DNA of 64,000 bases from Octopus vulgaris (taxonomy: Eukaryota), in the NCBI GenBank assembly GCA_951406725.2, contig OX597816.1, positions 7,254,001-7,318,000 on the forward strand, read 5' to 3'. The notes under the pieces were generated by a model. The model had not been told where the DNA came from, made no database searches, and saw nothing but the letters and a program-made list of their open reading frames with translations. This document shows positions 52,517 through 64,000 of this stretch, piece after piece. A program made the position numbers and the translations under genes. The number at the start of each line of letters is the position of its first letter. The stretch's first letter is position 1.

Positions 52517-54053
52517 CGGGATCTTGCAGATGAATTGAGACCAATTTTAAGCAGTTGACTTAGTGAGTTTAACATTTTATTTTTTGACAAAACCTTGCTT
52601 GAAAATCTAATCTTCCTCTTTATTTTTCAGGAAAATAACGAACTGATTCGACAACAGAAAGTCATGGGACAACAGACTCGTTCCGCCATTGTTGTTTTGA
52701 CGCGCGCCGGGCAACACTGCCAATCAAATTGTGAAGCTGACAAAACCTCCGAAAGCAACAGTTTATCGTGTGTATAAAGAATTTAAAGAAGAGGGAAAAA
52801 TTGATAGAAAAGAACACAAGACTCGAAGTGGTTCCCAACGCAATACAAAGTTTCTCGCTGGCCTCAAACGCTCGATTGAAGCCAACCCATCCATATCCAT
52901 GACAACTCTTGCGAAGAAACGCAATGTGTCCCTTTCTGCAGTGTCCAGAGCTGTGAAAAGGAACTATTTACGCTCGACGACGCCGTCACCTCCTAACAGC
53001 CAAGACCAAAGCAACCAGAGGCAAAAGATGCCCAAAGCTTCTGTTATTCGTCAAGCATCAAGGTGCAGGGAAAGCTCTCGTGTTTGTGGACGAGAAGAAG
53101 TTCACTGTTGACGCTGAGGGGAATCGCAGAAATTCTCGAGTGACTGCATACAACCCTTCTGACGTCCCCCGCTGTGTTTGAGACTATGAATCCTGCCTCT
53201 GTGACGGTATTTGGAGCTGTGCCGAGTGACGGAAATGTCATGGATCCACACTTCATTGAGTCTGGCTTGAAGATCGGCACAAAGGAGTATCTGGACATCC
53301 TGAAGAACTCTCTGTTACCTTGGATGGAGCAGAAGTTTGGGCTCGACAATATGGTGCTTACCCAGGATTCTGTACCATAAGAAAAAATAAATGCGCCCTT
53401 TTAAAGCCTAGCCAAGCTCATGGGCCCGGTTTCCCGGTTTCTATGGCGTATGTGTTCCCCAGCTGGACGGGACGCCAGTCCATTGCAGCGTTACTCATTT
53501 TTGCCAGCTGAGTGGACTGGAGCAACATGAAATGAAGTGTTTTTCCTCAAGAACACAACGCGTCGCCCGGTCCAGGAATAGAAACCACAATCTTGGTGCT
53601 GACAGCCAAACCACTATGTCACGCGCCTCCACATTCTGTACCATGCCAAGGGTCATAATCAACACAGGCCTTCCTTGGTGAGAAGGCGCCATTTTTTTGT
53701 GAGGCCCAGCATGTGGCCGACTAATAGCCTAGATCTCAGCTTTCTCGATTACTTTTTATGGGGCGTACTTGAAGCAAGGACCAATCCTTCACCGCACTTC
53801 AGTGTCAACAGTTTGAAGACCTGCATCGAGCGTGCAATATGCAAAACCAAAAAAGGCGGAAGTTGCGGCAGATGCAAAAAGATTTCGTTCTCGTGTGGAG
53901 GCAGTAATTGCCCAAAAGAGAGGCCATATTGAGCGATAAATGTTTTCGTGTAATAAATGTTACAATAAAATTATATCTATTACCAAAAGTTTAGTATTTA
54001 TAACCAGTTTTATGTATCGTAAAAGATTGTTTCATTTTATCTGCAAGACCCTG
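52517..54053 (+). mobile_element. maT (DD37D) transposon, full length but decayed
   Basis: TIRs TA-CGGGATCTTGCAGATGAATTGAGA / TTTCATTTTATCTGCAAGACCCTG-TA; VFVDEKKF, QDS-37aa-LDY after removing the SINE, RFRSRVEAVI. Confidence 0.9.
53379..53632 (-). mobile_element. tRNA-derived SINE family D (CORE-like plus V-like blocks) with 12-bp TSD
   Basis: TSD ATTCTGTACCAT at 53367-53378 and 53633-53644; GCAATGGACTGGCGTCCCGTCCAG resembles the V-SINE domain. Confidence 0.85.
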
Positions 54054-54381
<328 letters not shown>

Positions 54382-54492
54382 CATATGTATATAATACAAT
54401 TTTACTGAACCTTCAGTTTTTTTATATGCTAGACCACTGGTGTGAAATCGATATTAATTAAATTACTATCTAATTTTTCACCCTCATTTTTA

Positions 54493-54577
<85 letters not shown>

Positions 54578-54594
54578 TATATGCATGCATGCAT

Positions 54595-54627
<33 letters not shown>

Positions 54628-54631
<4 letters not shown>

Positions 54632-55200
54632 GTTTTCGACCTAAATTTGAGGATTTTTATGCCTTCTTTATTGCTAGAAACTGCCTGATGTATTGGTGAA
54701 CAGTCAATGGCGTTGGAGAGCATGAATATTAAAGCTGTAGTTAAGAAAAGTTACCTAACAAGGAGGATTGGGAAAGAGTTACTTGCTTCATGATAATTCT
54801 CGCCAGGTGAACATTACAAACGCTGTAGAACGTGACAGACATTTGCAAGGTGACTGCAAAGCCGCTGGGGACAGTGGTCAAACCCTGGCTGGAGAGGGCA
54901 GCTGCTGGGTGGCCATACGTGTGGCAGCAGGATTCAGTGTTTTGCCTTACCTCAGAAGTGGTTCTCAGAGAGGTTCTATGACTTCACCAGCGCCAATTTC
55001 TGGCCTCCCAATCTCCCGATTATAATCATAAGTATTAATGTGTGGGGCGCGGTTGACAAAGGCACCAAGCGTGTAGGTAGCCAGCATCAAGGCGGTATTC
55101 GAAGATTTCCCCAGAGAGTCCGTGAGGAGCGCATGCACCAGGTTCCGGAGCCCCTTGAGGCCGTAGTAGAAATTACTAATAAGGGAGGCTTTTTGATTTT
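54628..55200 (+). mobile_element. maT-like transposon remnant
   Basis: FWPPNLPDYN..VWGAVDK...FPRESVRSACTRFRSPLEAVVE. Confidence 0.6.
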
Positions 55201-55320
55201 TAAAAAACACTTAATTTTGGTTATCATGTTTTCTTTTCCTTTTTATGCAAACTGTCAAAGTTAGCCACCCCCGCTGGTCAGGCCAACATAAATGTTATAT
55301 ATATATATATATATATATAT

Positions 55321-55633
55321 AAATTAACAATTGAGGATAAAATCTTTAAAAGAAATTATCAGTTGTTAGCGTGAAAAAACCCGTTAGAGAAAAAATCCGT
55401 AAATTTTTCCACTTTGAAAATATTTATTTATATTATATTGAGGGTACTACTATTCGTAGATACCACACGCTATTCTGCATTAATTGCGAAATCACAGGTG
55501 ATATGTAACTAAATTCTTTTTTTAAATGATTTGCTTTGAAGTTTTGCATTCGGTAAAATTTTGTTTATTTTAGTAGTTTTGACCGCATTGGTCCCTCTTT
55601 AGCGTGTGGTATCTACGAATAGTAGTACCCTCA

Positions 55634-55641
<8 letters not shown>
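55321..55641. mobile_element. Element in (TA)n with 42-bp perfect inverted repeats and a one-sided extension
   Basis: 55431-55472 is the reverse complement of 55600-55641. Confidence 0.75.
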
Positions 55642-55706
<65 letters not shown>

Positions 55707-55813
55707 ATAAAAAATATAAATAAAAATACAAAATGGGACAAGAACGCAAAACACTCAAATAGACGACACAAAAAATGGACGGGTCATTCGAAGTCTCTAA
55801 TCTCCAGTCAAGA

Positions 55814-55863
<50 letters not shown>

Positions 55864-55934
55864 GCGTGTGATATATAACTAAATACATTATCTGTACATA
55901 GTAGATATTATATATATTATCTACATAGGGTAAA

Positions 55935-56212
55935 AAACCCCTTCGATTTCCTAGAAAGTTCCCCTCTATAGCACAAGTCCAGGCAAGGGTGTTTGTAGAA
56001 GACCAGCAGTCACCCATACACACCGTGCCTCCATTTTCCAATCCACCGATGCTGTCCAAGGGAAAGGCAAAAACTGATACAGATTTACACCAGTGATGTC
56101 GCAACTCACTGAAAGTGTCTTGCTGAAGAACGCAACACGCAGTCCAGGAATGGAACTCACAATCTCACGATTGTAAAAGCGACCCTGTAACCACTGCTCC
56201 ATGCGCCTTCAC
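55935..56212 (-). mobile_element. tRNA-derived SINE (family D-like head, other tail)
   Basis: GGCGCATGGAGCAGTGGTT..GAGTTCCATTCCTGGAC..TTCTTCAGCAAGACACTT. Confidence 0.55.
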
Positions 56213-56270
56213 CGTATAATTTACATATAACATACTAATAATATGTTATTTATATAGAGGTATATTATTG

Positions 56271-56687
56271 AAGGCGGCGAGCTGGCAGAAACGTTAGCAC
56301 GCCAGGCGAAATGCGTGGCCGTAGTTCGTCTGCCGTTACGCTGTGAGTTCAAATTCCGCCGAGGTCGACTTTGCCTTTCATCCCTTCGAGGTCGATAAAT
56401 AAAGTACCAGTTACGCACTGGGGTCGATGTAATCGACTTAATCCGTCAGTCTGTCCTTGTTTGTCCTCTCTGTGTTTAGCCCCTTGTGGGTAGTAAAGAA
56501 ATACGTATTTCGTCTACCGTTACGTTGTGAGTTCAAATTCCGCCGAGGTCGACTTTGCCTTTCATCCCTTCGGGGCCGATAAATAAAGTACCAGTTACGC
56601 ACTGGGGTCGATGTAATCGACTTAATCCCTTTGTCTGTCCTTGTTTGTCCCCTTTATGTTTAGCCCCTTGTGGGCAATAAAGAAATA
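56271..56687 (+). mobile_element. SINE family A dimer
   Basis: Head plus two units. Confidence 0.9.
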
Positions 56688-57880
56688 TGTATAGTATACT
56701 ATGAATGTATTGTCTATATAGTTTGATATAGAAGGGAAAACAGTTTTACTTTGATACAGAAGAGCATAACTATTTATATAGTTAAAAAAAAGGGCAACTG
56801 AACTTTCACAGTTTGAAAGCAAACAAGAGTTGGAATGTTAGAACAACATATGCTGTATATTTTAATTAAGGCATTCCTTGCGATTTATTACGCATAGTTG
56901 GGATCTCATAAACTACATAATCACACTTGAAAGGAGACATTAGCCACACAAACATGCGGACGTAGAAATATTGTTTTACCACACACGACAAACAGACACT
57001 ATCCTATTTGTCAGATATAATGGGCTTCCCAAAATTAATTTCCGTATGTCATCAACTTTTGCAATTGATATGAACCAATTCATTATTAGTTCTGACGGTA
57101 CACTAGTTCTAACAACTGGAACTGTAGTTTGGTTTGATTTTAGTAAAAAACAACAACAACAACAAAGCAGAATAGTAACCCCCTCCCCCGCCATTCCAAT
57201 AACACAAGAACATTGTGGTGTGTTTATATTATTATTGGGGACTACTGTTTATCAGGCCAAAGTCTTATATCCGATGGAAAGTGAGATATCTGGCGCCATG
57301 TGAGAAATTGTGCAAAGAAACTAGAAAAAATTAGTTCATAAAAGTGTTTTTTTTCAAGATCCGTACAAATACATAATTCAGTTCTTTCTCTAATTTAATA
57401 AATGTTGGCTAAAGGCGGTTTCGTAGGTGTTTGAGGGTTTCGGTATTTACGAACTTTTATCTCTCATTTGTTTGAGATTCTCGCATTTTAGTCTATATAA
57501 TTTCGCTTGAAGGGTTTGCTTTCGATTTGCGTATTGAACAGAAATGCAGCCTAACAGAATGTTGTATGGACGCCTCCAGACGATGAAGCAGGCGAGCCCA
57601 ATACGTAGATGTAGAAGGAGAAGTCTAGACGTCAGAGTAGACTAGAGTCGAGAGTAGTGTTGAGTAGAGACATCTGAACGTGCGACATAACACAGGACCT
57701 CCCCAAATTCCAGATATTGACTCTAGGAAATGAAAGAACGGAATCAGGGACCGATTTCATTGCAAGTTTAATGACATTCTCGACCGACGAGAATTACCAA
57801 CCAAATAACCCTCAAATGATAGCCAACTCTAGCAAAAATAAAGGATACATTGGTTAATATAGTCCTTGGTATACTATACC

Positions 57881-58295
57881 TATTTCTTTACTACACCAAG
57901 GGGCTAAACACAGAGAGGACAATCAAGGACAGGCAAACGGATTAAGTCGATTATATCGACCCCAGTGCGTAACTGGTACTTATCTAATCGACCCCGAAAG
58001 GATGAAAGACAAAGTGGACCTCGGCGGAATTTGAACTCAGAACATAAAGACAGACGAAATACCTATTTCTTTACTACCCACAAGGGGATAAACACAGAGA
58101 GGACAAACAAGGACAGACAAAGGGATTAAGTCGAATATATCGACTCCAGTGCGTAACTGGTACTTAATTTATCGACCCCGAAAGGATGAAAGGCAAAGTC
58201 GGCCTCGGCGGAATTTGAACTCAGAACGTAGCAACAGACGAAATACGGCTATGCATTTCGCCCGGCGTGCTAACGATTCTGCCAGCTCGCCGCCT
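57881..58295 (-). mobile_element. SINE family A dimer
   Basis: Head plus two units; GTATACTATACCT on both flanks. Confidence 0.9.
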
Positions 58296-58530
58296 TCTTG
58301 TATACTATACCTGATTAAAAAAGGAAGGCTTTGTATCATATTTTTATCTGGTTGAAGAGAGCTGACCCTGGGCTAAATAAGATTTTACGGCGTTAGCGCT
58401 ATACACTCGTCTACATAGAGGAAATGATGTATAAGGCACGTGATGACACGACGACGACGATGATGCGGCTGCTGACGAGTATGACCATGATGATGATGAT
58501 GGTGATGAGGAAAATATTTTCTCAATTAAT

Positions 58531-58830
58531 ACCTATTTCGTTATTACCCACAAGGGGCTAAACACAGAGGGGACAAACAAGGACAGACATACGGATTAAG
58601 TCGATTACATCGACCCCAGTGCGTTACTGGTACTTAATTTATCGACCCCGAAAGGATGAAAGGCAAAGTCGACCTCGGCGGAATTTAAACTCACAACGTA
58701 ACGGCAGACGAAATACCGCTAAGCATTTCGCCCGGCGCGCTAACGTGTCTGCCTAATACCGCCACGTATTGGGGTCGATCTAATCGACTGGCCCCTCGCC
58801 AAAAATTTCGGGCCTTGTACCTTGAGTAGA
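58531..58830 (-). mobile_element. SINE family A (nested copies)
   Basis: Reverse-complement body and tail. Confidence 0.8.
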
Positions 58831-58974
58831 AAAGAATAAGTGTGTGAATCTGAGAGGGTAATACGTTCAATTAAATCATAATTAACTGATCCTCCTGTAT
58901 TTTCTTTTACCCCCAAAGCCAGGAACCTTTCAGCACTCCCTCGTTGAATACTTGACGTAATTTTCATTCGCACT

Positions 58975-59521
<547 letters not shown>

Positions 59522-59802
59522 TCACCTCCACCAATTCATTATCGATATGTTCACCCCACTCTCCAGATACCTCTTCCTTCCACTCTCTACATACATGCCC
59601 ATCCCCCACTAACTCAACATTTGTCTTCCTTCCGATCTTTTACGAGCCAACCAGAAAACTTCTACATTATCTCTCGATGACCGTCAAATTCTCCTCAAAT
59701 CAAACTCTTGTTTCTTTGAAAAAAGAACACACTGAGCCGTGTAATCCGATGCACATCATACCTGGAAGAGAGGGATGGTCATGGCCGGAAGGCATTTGAT
59801 TT

Positions 59803-59927
59803 TACCACATGGTTCCGGGTTCTGTTCCACTGCGTGGCATCTTGGGCAAGTGTCTTCTGCTATAGCCCCGGGCCGACCAATGCCTTGTGAGTGGATTTGG
59901 TAGACGGAAACTGAAAAGAAGCCTGTC

Positions 59928-59974
<47 letters not shown>

Positions 59975-60215
59975 TATATATATATATGTATGTGTGTGTT
60001 TGTGTGTCTGTGTTTGTCCCCCTAGCATTGCTTGACAACCGATGCTGGTGTGTTTACGTCCCCGTCACTTAGCGGTTCGGCAAAAAAAAAGAGACCGATA
60101 TAATAAGTACTGGGCTTACAAAGAATAAGTCCCAGGGTCGATTGCTCGACTAAAGGCGGTGCCCCAGCATGGCCGCAGTCAAATGACTGAAACAAGTAAA
60201 AGAGTAAAAGAGAGA
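59803..60215 (+). mobile_element. SINE family B (5'-truncated)
   Basis: Body, internal (TA)n and tail. Confidence 0.85.
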
Positions 60216-60560
60216 GTAAGTCTATCCAGACCGAGTCAGGACAAAATAACAATAACAAAAATAATAAGAAAAACAATAACAGCAGCCGCAACATGGCTTC
60301 CACTCTGCAAGTCACTCGCTGTCTCTGCCTTTATTTCTACCTCACTTATCGCCCTTTGCTTCTGCGCTACAGTCTTGCCTCCTGCGAGGTTTCTCTCTCC
60401 ACTCATTTATATTTCACTACATAGACAGACATTACGTTGGAATGAAATTTCTGTTGTATTTATGACATGATTGACCCTTTTGAATGTACTTTTTCAATAT
60501 TTACGCTAAAATAAACATTAATTTTTACATTCTATTGTTTTCCCCTACCTTTCTTTGCAG

Positions 60561-60726
60561 ATTACTCTTTACCATTGTGGTTAAATTCATATCGATTTCC
60601 ACCCTTTTAAAATGAGTTTAGACCAGGCCTATAACAGACGCTACATGCTGTATGAAACCAAAAGGGGCTCTTTAGGAGTGAAAGTGACTGGGAATATTCG
60701 TTCTGTCTACTGGAATGAAGCTTTAG
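60561..60726 (+). other. Candidate spliced exon (5' UTR/first coding exon, or non-coding)
   Basis: Polypyrimidine tract plus TTTGCAG| acceptor and AG|GTAAGT donor; AAAATG at 60612 opens MSLDQAYNRRYMLYETKRG...; no homology recognised. Confidence 0.3.
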
Positions 60727-62558
60727 GTAAGTGTCTGGCTATGCCAATAATGGTTTGGTCGGTTTTGCTTTGGAAATTTTTCTCTCGTAGTTTCCATTCA
60801 ATCTGGACGACCAAGTTCTGTAAATATTGAACTTCGGTAAACTTTAGTTAAAGAAAATTCAAAGTAAACTACATAAAAATTAGCAAAACAGTTCAATTCA
60901 AGTCACACTTCGATCGTAAAATATTTTCAGGAAAAATTGAGCGACTAAACTTGGTCAAGATCACAAATTGCTTGAGTCACTCAAGAAATGACTATAGAAC
61001 TAAATATGGAAGGTTTGTCTCATCTTCCTTACTCTCTTGGCCTTGCTTACCCTTACCAACATCTTTTCGGATCATAGCAATGTTATTTAGAGGGGAAACA
61101 GCTTATCAATTGTGAAGTGGTTAAAAATGATACCGAGTGTTTCTTTGCTTTGAAACTTGGGGAATTGTACACCCGAGGGATCAACTATTTGTCAAATAAA
61201 GAGAATTATGTTATCAATAATGAAAGAAAATGTTATCTTGATTGAATATGTCAATTAAGACCAAAAATGCATTTATTTTTTTCTCAGCCTGAAATGCATC
61301 AGGGTTTTCTTCCTAACGTAATACAAACGTATTCATGTTTTGTTTATAAATATGTTTATCCCCATAGTCTGACTGTACTTCCCCAGAAGACAGTTGACTA
61401 TCCTCTGACGAAGTGGAGTGGTTGCACAACAATCAGTTTTTACATAATGGTATGTAATATGCGACGCAATTCACTTTGTATTGATCATAACTAACCAGGC
61501 CATTGGAACGCGTGTAATGCTGTTTAGAGCTATCCATTCATTTTCATTTAGTAAATAATACATCGGTAACATGTACCAGTTATACGTTTTGTATATACAC
61601 GGATTTGCGGGATACCCAAGACCAGTAAGCGACTGCTTAGCTCTGTATGGACCGTTGTACTGACCAATTGAATCACCTGAAATATTTTCTTTCAGAGTAT
61701 ATCTGTCAGTCAAAGATATGTGGAGGTGCTGCTCAGTTAATTTAGAGGATCTATTTGATCCCCATTGCACTACACACACACACGCACGCACACACACACA
61801 CGCACACACACACACACACGCACACACGCACACACAGACGCACACACATACACACACACACAGACGCACACACGCACAATTTTTCTTTTATTGAAAATGA
61901 AACTGAGACTTTGTCCCGCGACTCGAGTTGTATGCCACTGCAACCTTTAGGCAAAACGTGTGTGTATATATATATGTGTGTATGTATATCTATATCTGTG
62001 TGTGTGTGCGTGTGCGTGCATGTAGCTTAGTGTTTAGGGTGTTCGGTAGATGATCGTAAAGTCATGTGTTCCATTCCCGATCCGGGTGACACGTTCTGTC
62101 CTGGAGCAAAGCGCTTAACTTCACTCAGCTGAAAATGAGTAACTGCAGTAGCAGCAGCAGCAGCAGCAGCAGCCGTCCAAGAATTTGGACCTGGAGATCT
62201 CCATTTCCCGCGACTTCGAGGACCACCTCCCAGTGGTGTCGGGCGTCAACGAAGAACCTTCGACTACAACAAGACGACCAAAGTTTTTTTTTTTCCCCAA
62301 GGTCTGGGGTCTCCTGCTCCTAAGCCCTAGACCATCACCTAATCACCCTTACCCGTCTTGTTGCTTAACAGCAGCAGCAGCAACAACAACAACAACAACA
62401 ACAACAACAAACACAGAAGCAGCAACAGTTGCTCTTCCGGGGGTTTGACCATGCTTCCGACTGGTGACCTATTCAGAGAAGAACCTTCTATACTCTGTTG
62501 CAAAATGCTTTAGAAATTGCGATTAATTCTGGCTTAACGAAACTGTCGACTCAAGACA

Positions 62559-62603
<45 letters not shown>

Positions 62604-62670
62604 ACACACACACTCATATATACATACACATATGTAAACACACACACTCACATATATATATATATACATG

Positions 62671-62893
62671 AAGGCGGCGAGCTGGCAGAATCGTTAGCAC
62701 GCCGGGCGAAATGCGTTGCCGTATTTCGTCTGCCGTTACGTTCCGAGTTCAAATTCCGCCGAGGTCAACTTTGCCTTCCGGGGTCGATAAATTAAGTACC
62801 AGTTACGCACTGGGGGCGATGTAATCGACTTAATCCGTTTGTCTGTCCTTGTTTGTCTCCTCTGTGTTTAGCCCCTTGTGGGTAGTAAAGAAA
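62671..62893 (+). mobile_element. SINE family A monomer
   Basis: Head, central domain with small deletion, and tail. Confidence 0.85.
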
Positions 62894-63234
62894 TATATAT
62901 ATATATATATACATACACACACACATATATACATTCATGTATATGTATGGGTATATACACGTTATACGCACACGCACGCACGCATGCTCCACGCTCCCGT
63001 TCTCTCGCGCCACATGCACACAGCGATATTGTTGTTCTCCATAAAGAACTTTTGTTACATTGAGTCCTGTTTATCATTAATTTCACTGATGGAAGTGAAC
63101 TTTAATTCATTATATCCCTCCAATTAATCGCTCAATTTCTATGGCTTAATTATTCAATCATGATAAACTAAGTTTCCAAATTAACATTTAATGTTGTTAC
63201 TCTAAGAGAACGAAAAACATACAATACACACTCA

Positions 63235-63705
<471 letters not shown>

Positions 63706-64000
63706 ATATTTATTTAATGTTCGTGAACGTCTCTGACATTCGTAGCTTAATGCGAAAAATAAGCAAATCTTGATGGCGATGTATGATGAAATGGCTTAGT
63801 GTGTCGTGTTTGTTATTCAATGACTTTCTCGTTTGCTTTTCTTGTCGTATCTTCACAAGTTTATCTCTTGCTCATTCACAAAAATTATGAATAATTTCTA
63901 AGTAGCCGTCTTTATTAATGGTTTCCGACAATTATATATTTGCCATAAGTAACGGAATACATCCCGCTCTGCATAAAGGACTAGTCACATAGAACTAGCA

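Overview
This is a eukaryotic, AT-rich, repeat-saturated window with no recognisable intact host gene. The SINE families and extreme microsatellite density suggest an octopus (cephalopod) intron or intergenic region; this is inference. Nearly all supplied ORFs are translations of microsatellites or SINEs. The real content is mobile DNA. It includes four tRNA-derived SINE families, R4/Dong-like restriction-endonuclease (RLE) retroelement 3' ends in (AAT)n tracts, RTE and CR1-group LINE fragments, and decayed Tc1 (DD34E), maT (DD37D) and mariner transposons. It also has Helitron/HINE and MITE elements and a Neptune-type Penelope-like element (PLE) with a GIY-YIG ORF and ~1.25 kb inverted arms. 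The most notable signal is a recurring class of short non-coding fold-back elements, mostly next to (TA)n/(TATC)n. Several carry minimal hammerhead-ribozyme motifs with a palindromic stem III, and several have the PLE 'inverted arm plus one-sided tail' layout. Two SINE 3' tails match other retroelement 3' ends in the window. One SINE family forms tandem multimers that share a fixed hairpin junction. All calls were made by eye, without alignments or database searches.
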